Positions 34,721-47,212 of a DNA stretch of 64,000 bases are shown piece after piece (within the stretch, counting starts at the first letter, position 1; every line of letters begins with the position of its first letter). The position numbers and the translations under genes were made by a program. The stretch covers positions 1,922,001 through 1,986,000 of the forward strand of contig MU008159.1 in the NCBI GenBank assembly GCA_010909165.1. The letters run 5' to 3'. Origin of the DNA: Anthoceros angustus. Its lineage: Eukaryota; Plantae; Anthocerotophyta. The notes under the pieces are model-generated. The model was given only the letters and a program-made list of their open reading frames with translations. It was not told where the DNA came from and made no database searches.

Positions 34721-36229
34721 ATCACAAAACCACTTGAGGTCAGTAGTAAGTAATGGGAACGATTACCAAGCCTGGTCATGTGACCTTACTTCCATTTGCT
34801 TGTTTCCTTTTTCAAAGTCCGACTCTGGCGATCGGTAACAACACGGGTCCTCGATAGTGTTGTCTCGATGCTTGACGTTTGCGATACTGGCTTAATCTTT
34901 GTTGCCTTGCACCTAGATCACGACACCAGAAACACGTGGCCTTAGTGTGGTGTCTGCGAGGTCCAACCACGAAAAACCACAGTAAGTCACCCTACTTTTG
35001 CTTTTGAAGCTTGTATCACGCATCACGATGGTTATGAAGCATGCACAGTCATGTCGGGCATGGTAGTTGCGGAGCATGCACTTGCGGTTGTTCGGTTGGG
35101 GCGTAACGATGCGATGGTCGTCCGCAGCGTCGGCGTGTGGGCGCCACTGCATGCCAGCGTGTGTCACTTGTCAACAATGTGTCAGAGTCAACGTCTAGTA
35201 GATGCATAAATAGGCATGCCGCAACATGCGACGTTGAGTGGCGGCATGCCGCAACACGCGGATGTGTTACATTTGTTATGCACTTTGTAAACTCACGCCC
35301 CTCTCCTCCTCCAGGAATTTGAGCTGCAGCCAAAGGTCACGCAAGAAGGCGCCACCCTAGTGTAAGTACGTCCCGTTCCAATAATTCTATGGCTGTCATT
35401 TCGAACAACGTGTCTGGAGGGTTGGGCTGCCAGCTGGGGAAACTATTGCATGGTTGGGTTGACGGAAGCAAAGGTAAGGGGTTCGTCTGGTAAAAGACTC
35501 TCGTTCTTTGAGTCTTTAGCCAGAACTTTGCCATCCCTGCGTAAAACATGCAATCTTGTGTAACATGATAATTTTTGAAGGGGGTGAATAATCTCGAAGG
35601 GGGTTTTCCGCAAATAATCTCTGAAGGGGGTTATTGATGGGCCCTAAAACAGCGTTTTGAAGGCATTCGACCGAAAAAAGGTGTCACCGATAAAGTTACT
35701 ACTTTCCATCCGGCAATGTTTGTGTCGAATGGTGGTGCAAACTCGAACCTAGAATAATGCAAAGTAGGAGCGGTGAGGAAGGCCGTTCTGCCGGAAGGGA
35801 CGGTAAACTTCGATTTTGGGAGGAAAATGTGGTTTTGTTATGACACCACAAAAGCCATGGGCGAGTATTTCCCTAACACGGTAACATCGGACTTACAACA
35901 TTAACTACGGGACCCGGGAAAAAGCAGATTTGATTTCACTCATCCCGAGTTCAATCCTTCGTCATCACTTGGTCCGACTTCTCCTCCATTGTCATCATTA
36001 TCTTCAGCGGCACTTTGACTCGCGGGTTGTATTAAGCCCCAAACTTCATGAGCTTATCCCTTATCGCTTTTTGTCCACGCTCTGAGATGTTTTGGAGGAG
36101 TACCCTCTACACTCGACCGACCAAATCTTGGCTCGATTTGAGGCATTTGCTTCTAAGGTTAGCCTTCATTCCAAGGTTGCTTCTAAGGTTAGCCCTCGAA
36201 TTTTCGATGGAAGTGCCACGTCACAGTGT

Positions 36230-37330
36230 GTGGAAGGAGGCCACAATGGGCACGTGGAGGAGGCGGCGGCGGCGCCCTCGTTCGCGCTCCACCGTCGGGC
36301 ATAAAGAGTGGTGCGGGGAGGGAGGTGCGGCGGCGGCCTCCCTCGCGCACCACCCGTCGGGGTTTCACGGTGTGGTGGCGGAGGGATGGCGCGGCGGCGG
36401 CGCGCCGCCCTCCACCACCGGCCGTATGCCCGACGGGTGGGCGCGAGCGGCGCGGCGGCCGGCGCCTCCCTCTCCACGCACCACCCATCGTAGACCCACC
36501 GGCGGGTGGCGGCGCGTGGAGGCGGCCGCCTCCTGCACCACCGTTGCCCTCGGGTGGTTGGCGGCGTAGGCGGCGGCGGTGGCGCCCTCCCTCACCACCC
36601 ATCGGTGGGCCTCGGCGGTCGCGGGCGGCGGCCGGCCGGCGCCCTCCTGCACCACCCGTCGTGGTGGAGCTAGGGGCCCGGCCGGCGCCCTCCCTAACAC
36701 ACCTTGCCCATGGGCGCCGGCGCCCCCCCCAACACGCCACCATGGGCGGTGGCGCCCGCCGGCCGCCTCCCCTAACACCACCATCGTAGACCCACCGGCG
36801 GGTGGCGGCGTGGAGGGAGGCGCCCGGCCGGCGGCGCCCGCACCGTTGCCCACCCTACGGGTGGTTCGCGCGTGGGCGCGGCGCCGCCCTCCTCCTCACC
36901 ATCGGTGGGCCCTCTGGCGGCGTGGCGCCGGCGGCGGCGCCTCCTGCACCACCCGTCGGTGCGGCGGGTGGAGCTAGGGGCGCCCGGCCCGGTCTCCAAC
37001 ATGCCACCGCTCATGGGCGCCCGGCCGGCCGGCCCTCCTCACCACCCATGGGCGCCCGGCCGGCCGCCCCAACCGCCTGCCACGCCCATGGCGCGGCCGG
37101 CAGCGCCCTCCCTAACACACCGCCCATGGGCGCCCGGCCGCGGCGTCCTCCCCTAACACCACCCATGTCGCCCGTTCGTGCGCCCTCCCTAACACCTGCC
37201 CATGGGCGGCCGGCCGGCGCCCCCCCCAACACGCCACCATCGGTGGGCCTCCCATGCCTTGGCCATGGGCCGGCGTGGCCTCCCCTAACACACCATGCCC
37301 TACCCATGGGCGCCGGCAGGCGCCCTCCTC
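36230..37330. repeat. Extremely GC-rich degenerate minisatellite with CCCTAACAC and CCCATGGG/GGCGCC motifs
   Basis: ccctaacac at ~36692, 36770, 37110, 37151, 37187, 37283; repeated gcccatgggcgcccggccgg; sharp AT-rich boundary at 37335. Confidence 0.75.
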
Positions 37331-37844
37331 CATCTTTGAGAAAATAAATATGTAGTGGCTCCATTGGTTTAACTTGGGATTGTTGGTCTAGTGTTTGGGA
37401 AAAAGGTTTAGTAATGAATAGGTTTGGGTTCAAAACCCATATCTTTTAATAACTCAACTTTGTTGATTTTAAGGATGCTTGCATGGGCGCATGGGCAACT
37501 AACTTTGTTCATTTAAGGCGGCATTGCCTTAAAGCCCAAGTGGTTGCATTGAGTGCGGAAGGTTGAAGACTACATTGGCGACCTTTTGGATGAGTCGGCA
37601 AACCCTAGATCTTTGTGTGGCGATCCACCGTCGAGTGGGCCGGGGAATGATACTATTGAAGGCGAGCAAGCAATGGAGAGCGATAACTTTGAGGCGGACG
37701 ATATGGACGCATCCGAATATGGCGGTGGTTCTTGACTCGATGTCGATGCAAGGCATGGATGAGTCGAGCCGCACTCTTCAATGACTATTGTCGATGCGAT
37801 GACCACTCCCTCCTTTAGCGGATGTTTGTTGCAATGTTCTTACG

Positions 37845-40770
37845 ATGATTAAAATGAGACTCCCTCTAGTGCAGGTTGTTTTCATTGTGTTCCACCACTT
37901 CAAAGTAAAAGTTTTCGGTTGTACTAAACATATGAAAATGGCAGCCCTCTAAACATTTTACAAAAATGCATACACGCCGCACCCTCATGCTCCATTTCTA
38001 GGGTGTTCACTTGAAAGTGCGGCATTATCAGGTATGACCTCGAGAAAGGGTGTGTGCATTATCAAAGTAGGGCTAATATCTTTGTTTTAGGTAAGGTGTT
38101 CTTCGTGACAAGGGGGTGCTGTGTCGACCGAAGGGGGTTAGTATATTCCCCCCCTTCAAAAATTATCGTGTTGTGTGCACAGTTTAAGAACGTATTCGCA
38201 CTTATTGCTTCCGTCAAGTTTACTGGATTGGTGCTGACAAACAGTTTTTAACATTATTTTGATGCAGGATCGTGCGAACAATTGGTTTAGAAACACCGAG
38301 CGACGTATCGTGGGCGTAAGTAATTTGCCTTACTCAACCCGTTCTTTGTTTTGCCTTGATCGTCTTATTCGATCTGATTTGTGATGGCTGTCCACTATGA
38401 TAAGTGTTACGATGGCTTTTTGAATCGGGGATGGAATCGAGCGGAAGCAATAACGATTTTCAAATCCAGAAGGTACTTGTTTGTTATTCGTATTATCGTT
38501 TCTTACTTTGCTTTTACTTTTACTAATATTTATTTTGTCAACCCTTGCAAGCGGCAACTCTGAGCGGCACCACAGCAGGCGCCACTCGACAAATTACTTC
38601 CACCATGGGGATCCGAGATATGCTTGCTTGAGTTTGAACCACCAACTTCTGGAGATGTAAAAGTTGAAAAAAGCGAAAATGATAGATATCGGTAGTTAAG
38701 GCGGGCAAGATTCTTGGAGAGAGCAATGACATATAAGCCGGGTGGTATAGGCACCCGGTCTATACAAGTTCCAGACCCGCCTCGATGCGGTCGGTTGGAG
38801 CGTCTCGGCCCCGAACTGTCGGCGCTCCCTTACGCCGAGAGCAGACGGCGCGTCGGGCGCCACGGCCGACGGTCTCGGCCTCACGGCCTCGACCATTCTC
38901 GGCCGTGGCCCCCGCCGCGTCCGTTCCCTAATATCTTATTTGGAGACACGGGCGGTTGCGGATTCCCTTCTTCTTCTTTCACAGTGCGGCTGCCCGCGAA
39001 TCTCTTCAGGACGAGGAGGTCACCTCCTCCTCAAAAGCCTCAGTTCAGAGACCCCGAGGCTGGACATGTTGCGAGCCATGGGCCGGCCTCGTCGACTCGC
39101 CTCGCGCCCGGACCACGAGGCGGCTGCTCCTCCTCTTCCGGAGGCTCAGCTCGGCACAGCAGGAACCTCGTCCTCCTCCATCTCCGGTTGCATGGTCGGG
39201 GCATCGTGTCATGCCTGACCCACCCCAGCCCGCTGATAACGCAGGCGCCGTGCGTGCACCGCCCGCCTCGCCCGGCCCGATCCGCAGCGTCGATCACTAC
39301 ACCTGTTCTTGATGATTAAAATGAGACTCCCTCTAATGCAGGATTGTTTTCATTGTGTTCCACCACTTCAAAGTAAAAGTTTTCGGTTGTACTAAACATA
39401 TGAAAATGGCAGCCCTCTAAACATTTTACAAAAATGCATACGGGCCCGCACCCTAGTGTGCTCCATTTCTAGGGTGTTCACTTGAAAGTCGGCATTATCA
39501 GGTATGACCTCGAGAAAGGGTGTGTGCATTATCAAAGTAGGGCTAATATCTTTGTTTTAGGTAAGGTGTTCTTCGTGACAAGAAGTCTTTGTGTCGACCG
39601 AAGGTTAGTATATTCCCCCTTCAAAATTATCGTGTTGTGCACGGTTTAAACGTATTCGCACTTATTGCTTAATCAAGTTTCTTTGGATTGATGTCGACAA
39701 GCGATTTTAACATTATTTTGATGCGGGATCGTCACGAACAATTGGTTTAGCGTGGCTTGACGGCGTATACGTGGGCGTAAGTAATTTGCCTTACTCAACC
39801 CGTTCTTTGTTTTGCCTCGCGATCGTCTTATTCGATCGATTGTGATGGCTGTCCACTATGATAAGTGTTACAGCTTTTTGAATCGGGGATGGAATGCGAG
39901 CGGAAGCAATAACGATTTTCAAATCCAGAAGGTACTTAATTGTTATTAGGTATTATCGTTTCTTACTTTGCTTTTACTTTTACTAATATTTATTTTGTCA
40001 ACCCCAAGCGGCAACTCTGGGGCGGCACCACAGCCGCCACTCGACAAATTACTTCCACCATGGGGATCCGAGGATACTTCGCTAGATTTGAACCACCAAC
40101 TGCTGGAGATGTAAAAGTTGAAAAAAGCGAAAATGATAGAATCGATGAAGTTAAGGCGGGGCAAAATTCTTTGTAGAGAGCAATGACATATAAGCCGGGT
40201 GGTATAGGCACCCGGTCTATACAAGTTCCACGGACCTCGGCTCCCGCCTCGATGCAGTGATCGGAGAGTTGGGGCGTCTCGGCCCCGGACGGCGCTCCCT
40301 TACGCCGAGGCAGGCGCGTCGGGCGCCGCGGCTAAACGGTCTCGGCCTCACGGCCTCGACCATTCTCGGCCGTGGCCTTCCCGCGTCCGTTCCCTAATAT
40401 CTTATTTGGAACTGGAGCGAGTTGCGGATTCCCTTCTTCTTCTTTCACGGTGCGCTGCCACCGGGGATCTCTTGGACGAGGAGGTCACCTCCTCCTCAAA
40501 AGCCTCTCAGTCGAGACCCCAGAGGCTGGACATGTTGCGAGCCATGGGCCGGCCTCGTCGACTCGCCTCGCGCCCGGACCACACGAGGCGGCTGCTCCTC
40601 CTCTTCCGGAGGCTCGGCTCGGCACAGCCATGGGAACCTCGTCCTCCTCCATCTCCGGTTGCATGGTCCGGGGCATCGTGTCGATGCCACCGGCCAGCGC
40701 CCGATAGTGGCCTTGGTGCGCGCCGCCTCGCCCGATCACCAGTAGCGTCGATCACTACACCTCTGTTCTT
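37845..40770. repeat. ~1.46-kb tandem duplication carrying fragments of an unknown + strand spliced ORF
   Basis: gatgattaaaatgagactccctcta at ~37844 and 39311; shared peptide FEPPT(S/A)GDVKVEKSENDR...RAMTYKPGGIGTRSIQVP. Confidence 0.8.
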
Positions 40771-43700
40771 CAGCACCCCTTGGTAGCGGAGGAGAACGGC
40801 AAAATTATTCTCCCCCATTCATTATAAGAGGAAACAATGAGTATAGTATGTGGGCAAAACCCTAACTAAAAATGGGAAGTGATACATGATGACATTCAAG
40901 TGACTTACATCTTGAACACTTTTGGAATCACGCAGGCCGATTTCAACTGGGCGCTCTGTGACGAGGCATTATCTTGGCATCCATTATCGGTGAGGAGATG
41001 TGTGTTGATGTCATCGTTTATGTGCAAATGAGGTTTCTTGGTGACCAAAAGCGTATGTGCATATCTTAGCCCATTCCGTCCTTTGTTGCACATAGAATCC
41101 ATCCGACTCTTGCAGGAATCCCCCTCAATACCATTGTAACCGTTAATCCATAGGGCGATGGTGGAATCCAAAAGACTGGCCCTACTAGAAAAGAACACCC
41201 TATGTTACACTTTATGTTAGATTTGGACCCTGGATGTAACACTCATGTTGCAATTTTGGGGTCATGTAACACTATTGGGCCCCTTGTTACACTTTGGCTT
41301 GGAAACCATACCACATTGTTGCAATCATGTTGCAATGGTGTTGCAATTATGTTAAGATGAAGAGGTGGTTTGCCCTCTCTCAAAATTGCAACATGATTGC
41401 AACATCTAAAAATGTTACAAGAGAGGTCTTGTAACACTTTTGGAGCTTGTAGAACCTCCTCCCCATCCACTATTCCTTTTACTTTTGCCCTTTGCAATAC
41501 CACGTTTTACTTGGTAGTTACCATGTCGCCCTTCAATACGACCATATATAAAATACATGCGAATACATCCTTATACTATACACATGTAGTCTCTGATAAA
41601 TGTAATATATTATTCTAAGTGCTATAAGGCGTATTCAATTTCATATAAAATAAGTTTGTATACTATGTATTCCATCATTACCTTTATACACATATTCATG
41701 ATGCGGTACTATGTATTTACTACTGTAAATAGCGGCTCTTTCTACCCCTACTTTATAGCATGCGGCGTGCGGTTTGTCCTTCACGTCACCAATAGCCAGC
41801 GGCTTTCCCTATTGTCCCCACCTATCACCTTATTGTGACGCATCACGTGAGGTTATGCCCCTACAAGATTGTCTTTGTCGGAGGTTTTGGTATGCTCGGC
41901 TTATGCTTTTACGCCTCCATGTAAGGCACTTCCTACTCGTCATCGTATGCACCTCGAAACTTCCGCCCTCCGTTCGATTCCCAATTTTCTTCTTCCCCTC
42001 CCTTGCGTTGGTGAGCAAGCTTTGCCACTTCTACGCTTCCCTCCACCTGGGCACGTTGCACATACAAACCATGGCCATCATGAGTTACCAGCGTTAATGG
42101 GTGTACCAATCACCATAGTGACCATTTGCCTTACCTTCCTCGGTCCCTCCTCGTATCTTACGCCTGCTTGGTGGGCGGTTTCCTCTTCGTCCTTCTTCCG
42201 GTACATGAGCCGTGCCCTTGTCACTCGCCCACTGCCGCCTCTACTCCTCCTCCTCTTTTCCTCTTCGCCACCCTTTATCGCGGTGGCGTTGCCTCAGCAG
42301 GGCTCCACTATGTAGGTCCATGCTCTCGGCGCCGGAGGCTGCAAGATATGTATGCACGAAATTAGGCACATCGTCCTCTTGACTGCCTCTTGGATCGTCC
42401 ACATGTTACGTCCCCCGTCTGTCCCCCCTTGCCCACGCATCATGCGGCCTTTGCCCATATCAAAGGCGCACACATGATGCCCTCTTGAACCTCCTTCATT
42501 CTCTCTCCCCACGGACATCGCCTCATGCTAGTGGCGCCTTTTGGCCTGCCAGAGCATGGATCTTTGGGTGATCCTTCAGTCCGCCACCGCTCCTCCTACT
42601 CCCCTGCGTTTTTGGCATCCCGTGCACACAAGTGTGTTTCCTCACAGTGACGGATCGTTGCCCCTCGTGGTCCACCACCCGACTCACGCCTCCACACTCA
42701 TTGTTCCATTCAGCGTCGTCAATCCATCGATCCCAGGCCTCCACCCTCCATAAACATGGCCGTCACCTTGGGTCTCGGGCACTCCTCCACCTCTTCTCCA
42801 GGTTTTGCTTGCACGTGACCTGACCCTCGTCCCCACCGCCTCCATTCACACCATTCCGGGCATCGGCTTCCACCAAACACAGGCGATCGTGGTGTCGCGG
42901 GCACAATTTAAATCCCTGTCATCGTTTCCCCCTGCTGCCTCCCTCACCTTGCGCCCTCGTGACGCGTGGCCCGTCTCCACTTCACGCTCTTGTTTCATCG
43001 TCGCCTTTCCCCCTTCCAATACGTTGTGCCCGCCTCCTCATCCTCCTCCCCCAAGCCCCTTGGTGCCATGCATTCCTTCCTAGCCTCTCTCAAAATTGCA
43101 ACATGATTGCAACATCTAAAGTGTTACAAGAGAGGTCTTGTAACACTTTTGGAGGCTTGGACGAACCTCCTCCCCATCCACTATTCCTTTTACTTTTGCC
43201 CTTTGCAATACCACGTTTTACTTGGTAGTTACCATGTCCTTCAATACGACCATATAAAATACATGCGAATACATCCTTATACTATACACATGTAGTCTCG
43301 GCGATAAATGTAATATATTATTCTAAGTGCTATAAGTATTCAATTTCATATAAAATAAGTTTGTATACTATGTATTCCATCATTGCTTTAGTGCATACAT
43401 ATTCATGATGCGGTACTATGTATTTACTATCGTGTAAATAGCGGCTCTTTCTACCCCTACTTTATAGCATGCGGTTTGTCCTTCCACGTCACCAATAATA
43501 GCCCCCATAGCCCATTGTCCCCACCTATCACCTTATTGTGACGCATCACGTGAGGTTATGCCCCTACAAGATTGTCTTTGTCTGCGGAGGAGTTTTGGTA
43601 TGCTCGGCTTATGCTTTTACGCCTCCATGTAAGGCACTTCCTACTCGTCATCGTATGCACCTCGAAACTTCCCCTCCGTTCGATTCCCAATTTTCTTCTT

Positions 43701-45719
43701 CCCCTCCCTTGCGTTGGGAGCAAGCTTTGCCACTTCTCGCTTCCCTCCACGCCTCCGCACGTTGCACATACAAACCAACATGGCCATCATGAGTTACCAG
43801 CGTTAATGGGTGTACCAATCACCATAGCGACCATTTGCCTTACCTTCCTCGGTCCCTCCTCGTATCTTACGCCACCTTGGTGGGCGGTTTCCTCTTCCGT
43901 CCTTCTTCTTCGCATGGCCGTGCCTTGTCACTCGCCCACACCGCCTCTACTCCTCCTCCTCTTTTCCTCTTCGCCCGCCACCCTTTATCGCGGTGGCGTT
44001 GCCTCAGCGGGCTCCACTATGTAGGTCCATGCTCTCGGCCGGGCTGCAAGATATGTATGCACGAAATTAGGCACATCGTCCTCTTGACTGCCTCTTGGAT
44101 CGTCCACATTGTATCCAGCGTCCCCCGTCTGTCCCCCTGCATCATGCGGCCTTTGCCCATATCAAAACGCATGATGCCCTCTTGAACCTCCTTCATTCTC
44201 TCTCCCCACGGACATCGCCTCATGCTAGTGGCGCCTTTTGGCCAGAGCATGGATCTTTGGGTGATCCACTCTTGTCAGTCCGCCACCCGCTCCTCCTACT
44301 CCCCTGCGTTTTTGGCTGTCCGTGCACACAAGTGTGTTTCCTCACAGTGACGGATCGGTTGCCCCTCCGTGGTCCACCACCCGACTCCGCCCTCCACACT
44401 CATTGTTCCATTCAGCGTCGTCAATCCATCGATCCCAACGGCCTCCACCCTCCGCAAACATGGCCGTCACCTTCCGGTCTCGGGCACTCCTCCACCTCTT
44501 CTCCAGTGTTGCTTGCCCACGTGACCTGACCCTCGTCGCCTGCCTCCATTCACACCATTCCGGGCATCGGCTTCCACCAAACACAGGCGATCGTGGTGTC
44601 GCGGGCACCACAATTTAAATCCATCTCGTTTCCCCTCTGCTGCCTCCCTCACCTTGCGCCCTCGTGACCCGCGTGGCCCGTCTCCACTTCACGCTCTTGT
44701 TTCATCGTCGCCTTTCCCCCTTCCAATACCGTTGTGCCCGCCTCCTCATCCTCCTCCTCCCAAGCCCCTTAGCCATCGCATTCCTTCCTAGCCTCTCCAC
44801 GTCCACATACCACCACGTGCCCTCCACACTCATTGTTCACGCCATTCAGCGTCGTCAATCCATCCAGTCCCAGGCCTCCACCCTCCGCATAAACATGGCC
44901 GTCACCTTGGTCTCGGGCACTCCTCCACCTCTTCTCCATTTGTTGCTTGCTGCCCACGTGACCCTCGTCGCCACCTCCATTCACACCATTCCGGGCATCG
45001 GCTTCCACCAAACACAGGCGATCGTGGTGTCGCGGGCACCACAATTTAAATCCCTGTCGATCGTTTCCCCCTGCTGCCTCCCTCACCTTGCGCCCTCGTG
45101 ACGCGTGGCCCGTCTCCACTTCACGCTCTTGTTTCATCGTCGCCTTTCCCCCTTCCAATACGTTGTGCCCGCCTCCTCATCCTCCTCCCCCAAGCCCCTT
45201 GGTGCCATGCATTCCTTCCTAGCCTCTCTCACGTCCACATACCACCACGTGCCCTCCACACTCATTGTTCACGCCATTCAGCGTCGTCAATCCATCGATC
45301 CCAGGCCTCCACCCTCCGCATAAACATGGCCGTCACCTTGGTCTCGGGCACTCCTCCACCTCTTCTCCATTTGTTGCTTGCTGCCCACGTGACCCTCGTC
45401 GCCACCTCCATTCACACCATTCCGGGCATCGGCTTCCACCAAACACAGGCGATCGTGGTGTCGCGGGCACCACAATTTAAATCCCTGTCGATCGTTTCCC
45501 CCTGCTGCCTCCCTCACCTTGCGCCCTCGTGACGCGTGGCCCGTCTCCACTTCACTCTTGTTTCATCGTCGCCTTTCCCCCCAATACCGTTGTGCCCGCC
45601 TCCTCTCCTCCCCCAAGCCCCCTTGGCCATGCATTCCTTCCTAGCCTCTCCACGTCCACACGCCACCACGTGCACTGCTGCCTCCACCCCTTCCTTCCGT
45701 CGCCTCGGAAGGCCACCAT

Positions 45720-46350
45720 ATCGAGGATCCATCTCCAATTCAATGTCATTAAGCAAAATGGTCATTTCCTTGTTCTCCTTGCAATGGCTTTGAATCTACG
45801 GTGTCTTGTCATACACTCCTGCCTTACCTTGTAGGAACTCAGCACAGAACCCCACTATCGCGGACCGCCCACAGGCTGCATGGAAATCGTCCTCTTCAAC
45901 CTCCCATACTGCCTGCCTCTTCCGTTGGAAACCGCCCATCTTGATTCTCAAACCTCACCACCAGCCCGGCCGCCCTCCCTTTCCCCATGGGTTTGGACCC
46001 ATCCCCGTTTTGGCTAGCCTCTCTTTTGCTGCGATTTCGTACTTGATGGCTCAAACTTCCGTTCCTCTTCAACTCCATCCGAGCCCATGCAAGTGCATCT
46101 TCCACTCTTCATCCACCATGCTCGGTTTCTTCCCATGTCCTCCTCCCCTCTACCATTTCCTCTAAGCGCGCCCCCCGGCTTCCACATCGTGTCGCGTCAT
46201 GCGAGAAGTGTCGGCTTATCTTGGACTTGACCACCGGTGCAGGAATGCTTGGAACAGTTTCACTAACGTGCTTTCTCTTCTTTGAACGTCCGCCATCTTG
46301 CGGTGCAGTTCATTCACAACCTTCGTCCTCACGGTACCATGATTCTGCGT
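45720..46350 (-). pseudogene. Ptta/En/Spm (TnpA-like, Transposase_24-type) ORF fragment
   Basis: Joined across frameshifts: GKKPSMVDEEWKMHLAWARMELKRNGSLSHQVRNRSKRE...GPNPWGKGG...VVRFENQDGRFPTEE. Confidence 0.45.
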
Positions 46351-47190
46351 GCCTTGCTTTCGGCCCGCGAACAACATGAGTCCCTCCACGCTTCATGTGG
46401 TTTGCATGGCCTCCTTGACCATTTCACCCCATGCTTGTTTATCAAGGCTTTAACGGTGCATCGTTGTCCACCGCACTCACGCGCCCGGTATCCTGCGGCA
46501 TCATCACCAGCGAGTTAGAACACCACCCCTTGCGGAAATTGATTGCGCCATTCGAGATCAAGTGCACCGTCGGTTATTGTCCATTGCCTCTTCCCGGCCT
46601 TCCACGATTCCACTTTCCCTTCTTGCAATCCACCGCCCGCCCTCGAAGGTTGCCTCCTTGTCCCCATGCTTAAACACTGCCCATGCGGTGCTCTGTGTTA
46701 CCCGTTTGTCCACCATGCCTCCTACGCAAACTTGAGCGTGTGCACTTTGCCCATCACTTGCCGGCAAAGTGTGCACTTATCTTGTGGGTTGAAGACCGTG
46801 TTGTGGGGCACGGTGAATCCACATTACCCTCAATGTCGTTGTAGTCACGGGATTCGCTCCCAAGGGAATGGTTTGTGCCAAAAGCGCTATCTTCTATCAC
46901 TACCAACCTTTGCCTAAGCGTGGACCGCTACCACTCCTTACCTATCTACTCAACTACTACCCCTGTCTTGTCCAACTACCACGGACCTAACTTCCCGGCA
47001 AATCTGGTTCCGACCCGGTGCCACTCTGGGTAGTTGCTACAACCCAGGTGGGTCCCACACCAAACCCTAGCAACTCATCTGGCGCGCGCGGATCCATCAC
47101 AGGCGGCTGCGCTCCACGGTCGGTGTTATGCACTCCACACTTCATGCTCCTTCCTAGGGACCAAAGTTCCTAGGATACCTCACCGCTCCT

Positions 47191-47212
47191 CACACACACA
47201 CACACACACACA
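47191..47212 (+). repeat. (CA)n microsatellite (duplicated at 48403-48423)
   Basis: about 11 CA units. Confidence 0.9.

Larger units (their letters stand above)
31510..35270 (-). mobile_element. Third, diverged partial copy (C) of the YR element: leader, promoter and accessory-gene 5' region only
   Basis: 31590-31930 matches 12665-13040 directly; 33250-33380 is the reverse complement of 20070-20205; 33860-33925 of 19170-19235; 35170-35250 of 18500-18580. Confidence 0.75.

Noticed and set aside
36048-37433. Long Arg/Pro/Gly/Ala-rich ORFs on both strands
   Set aside because: Expected from very high GC repeat DNA; open in several frames, with no domain signal.
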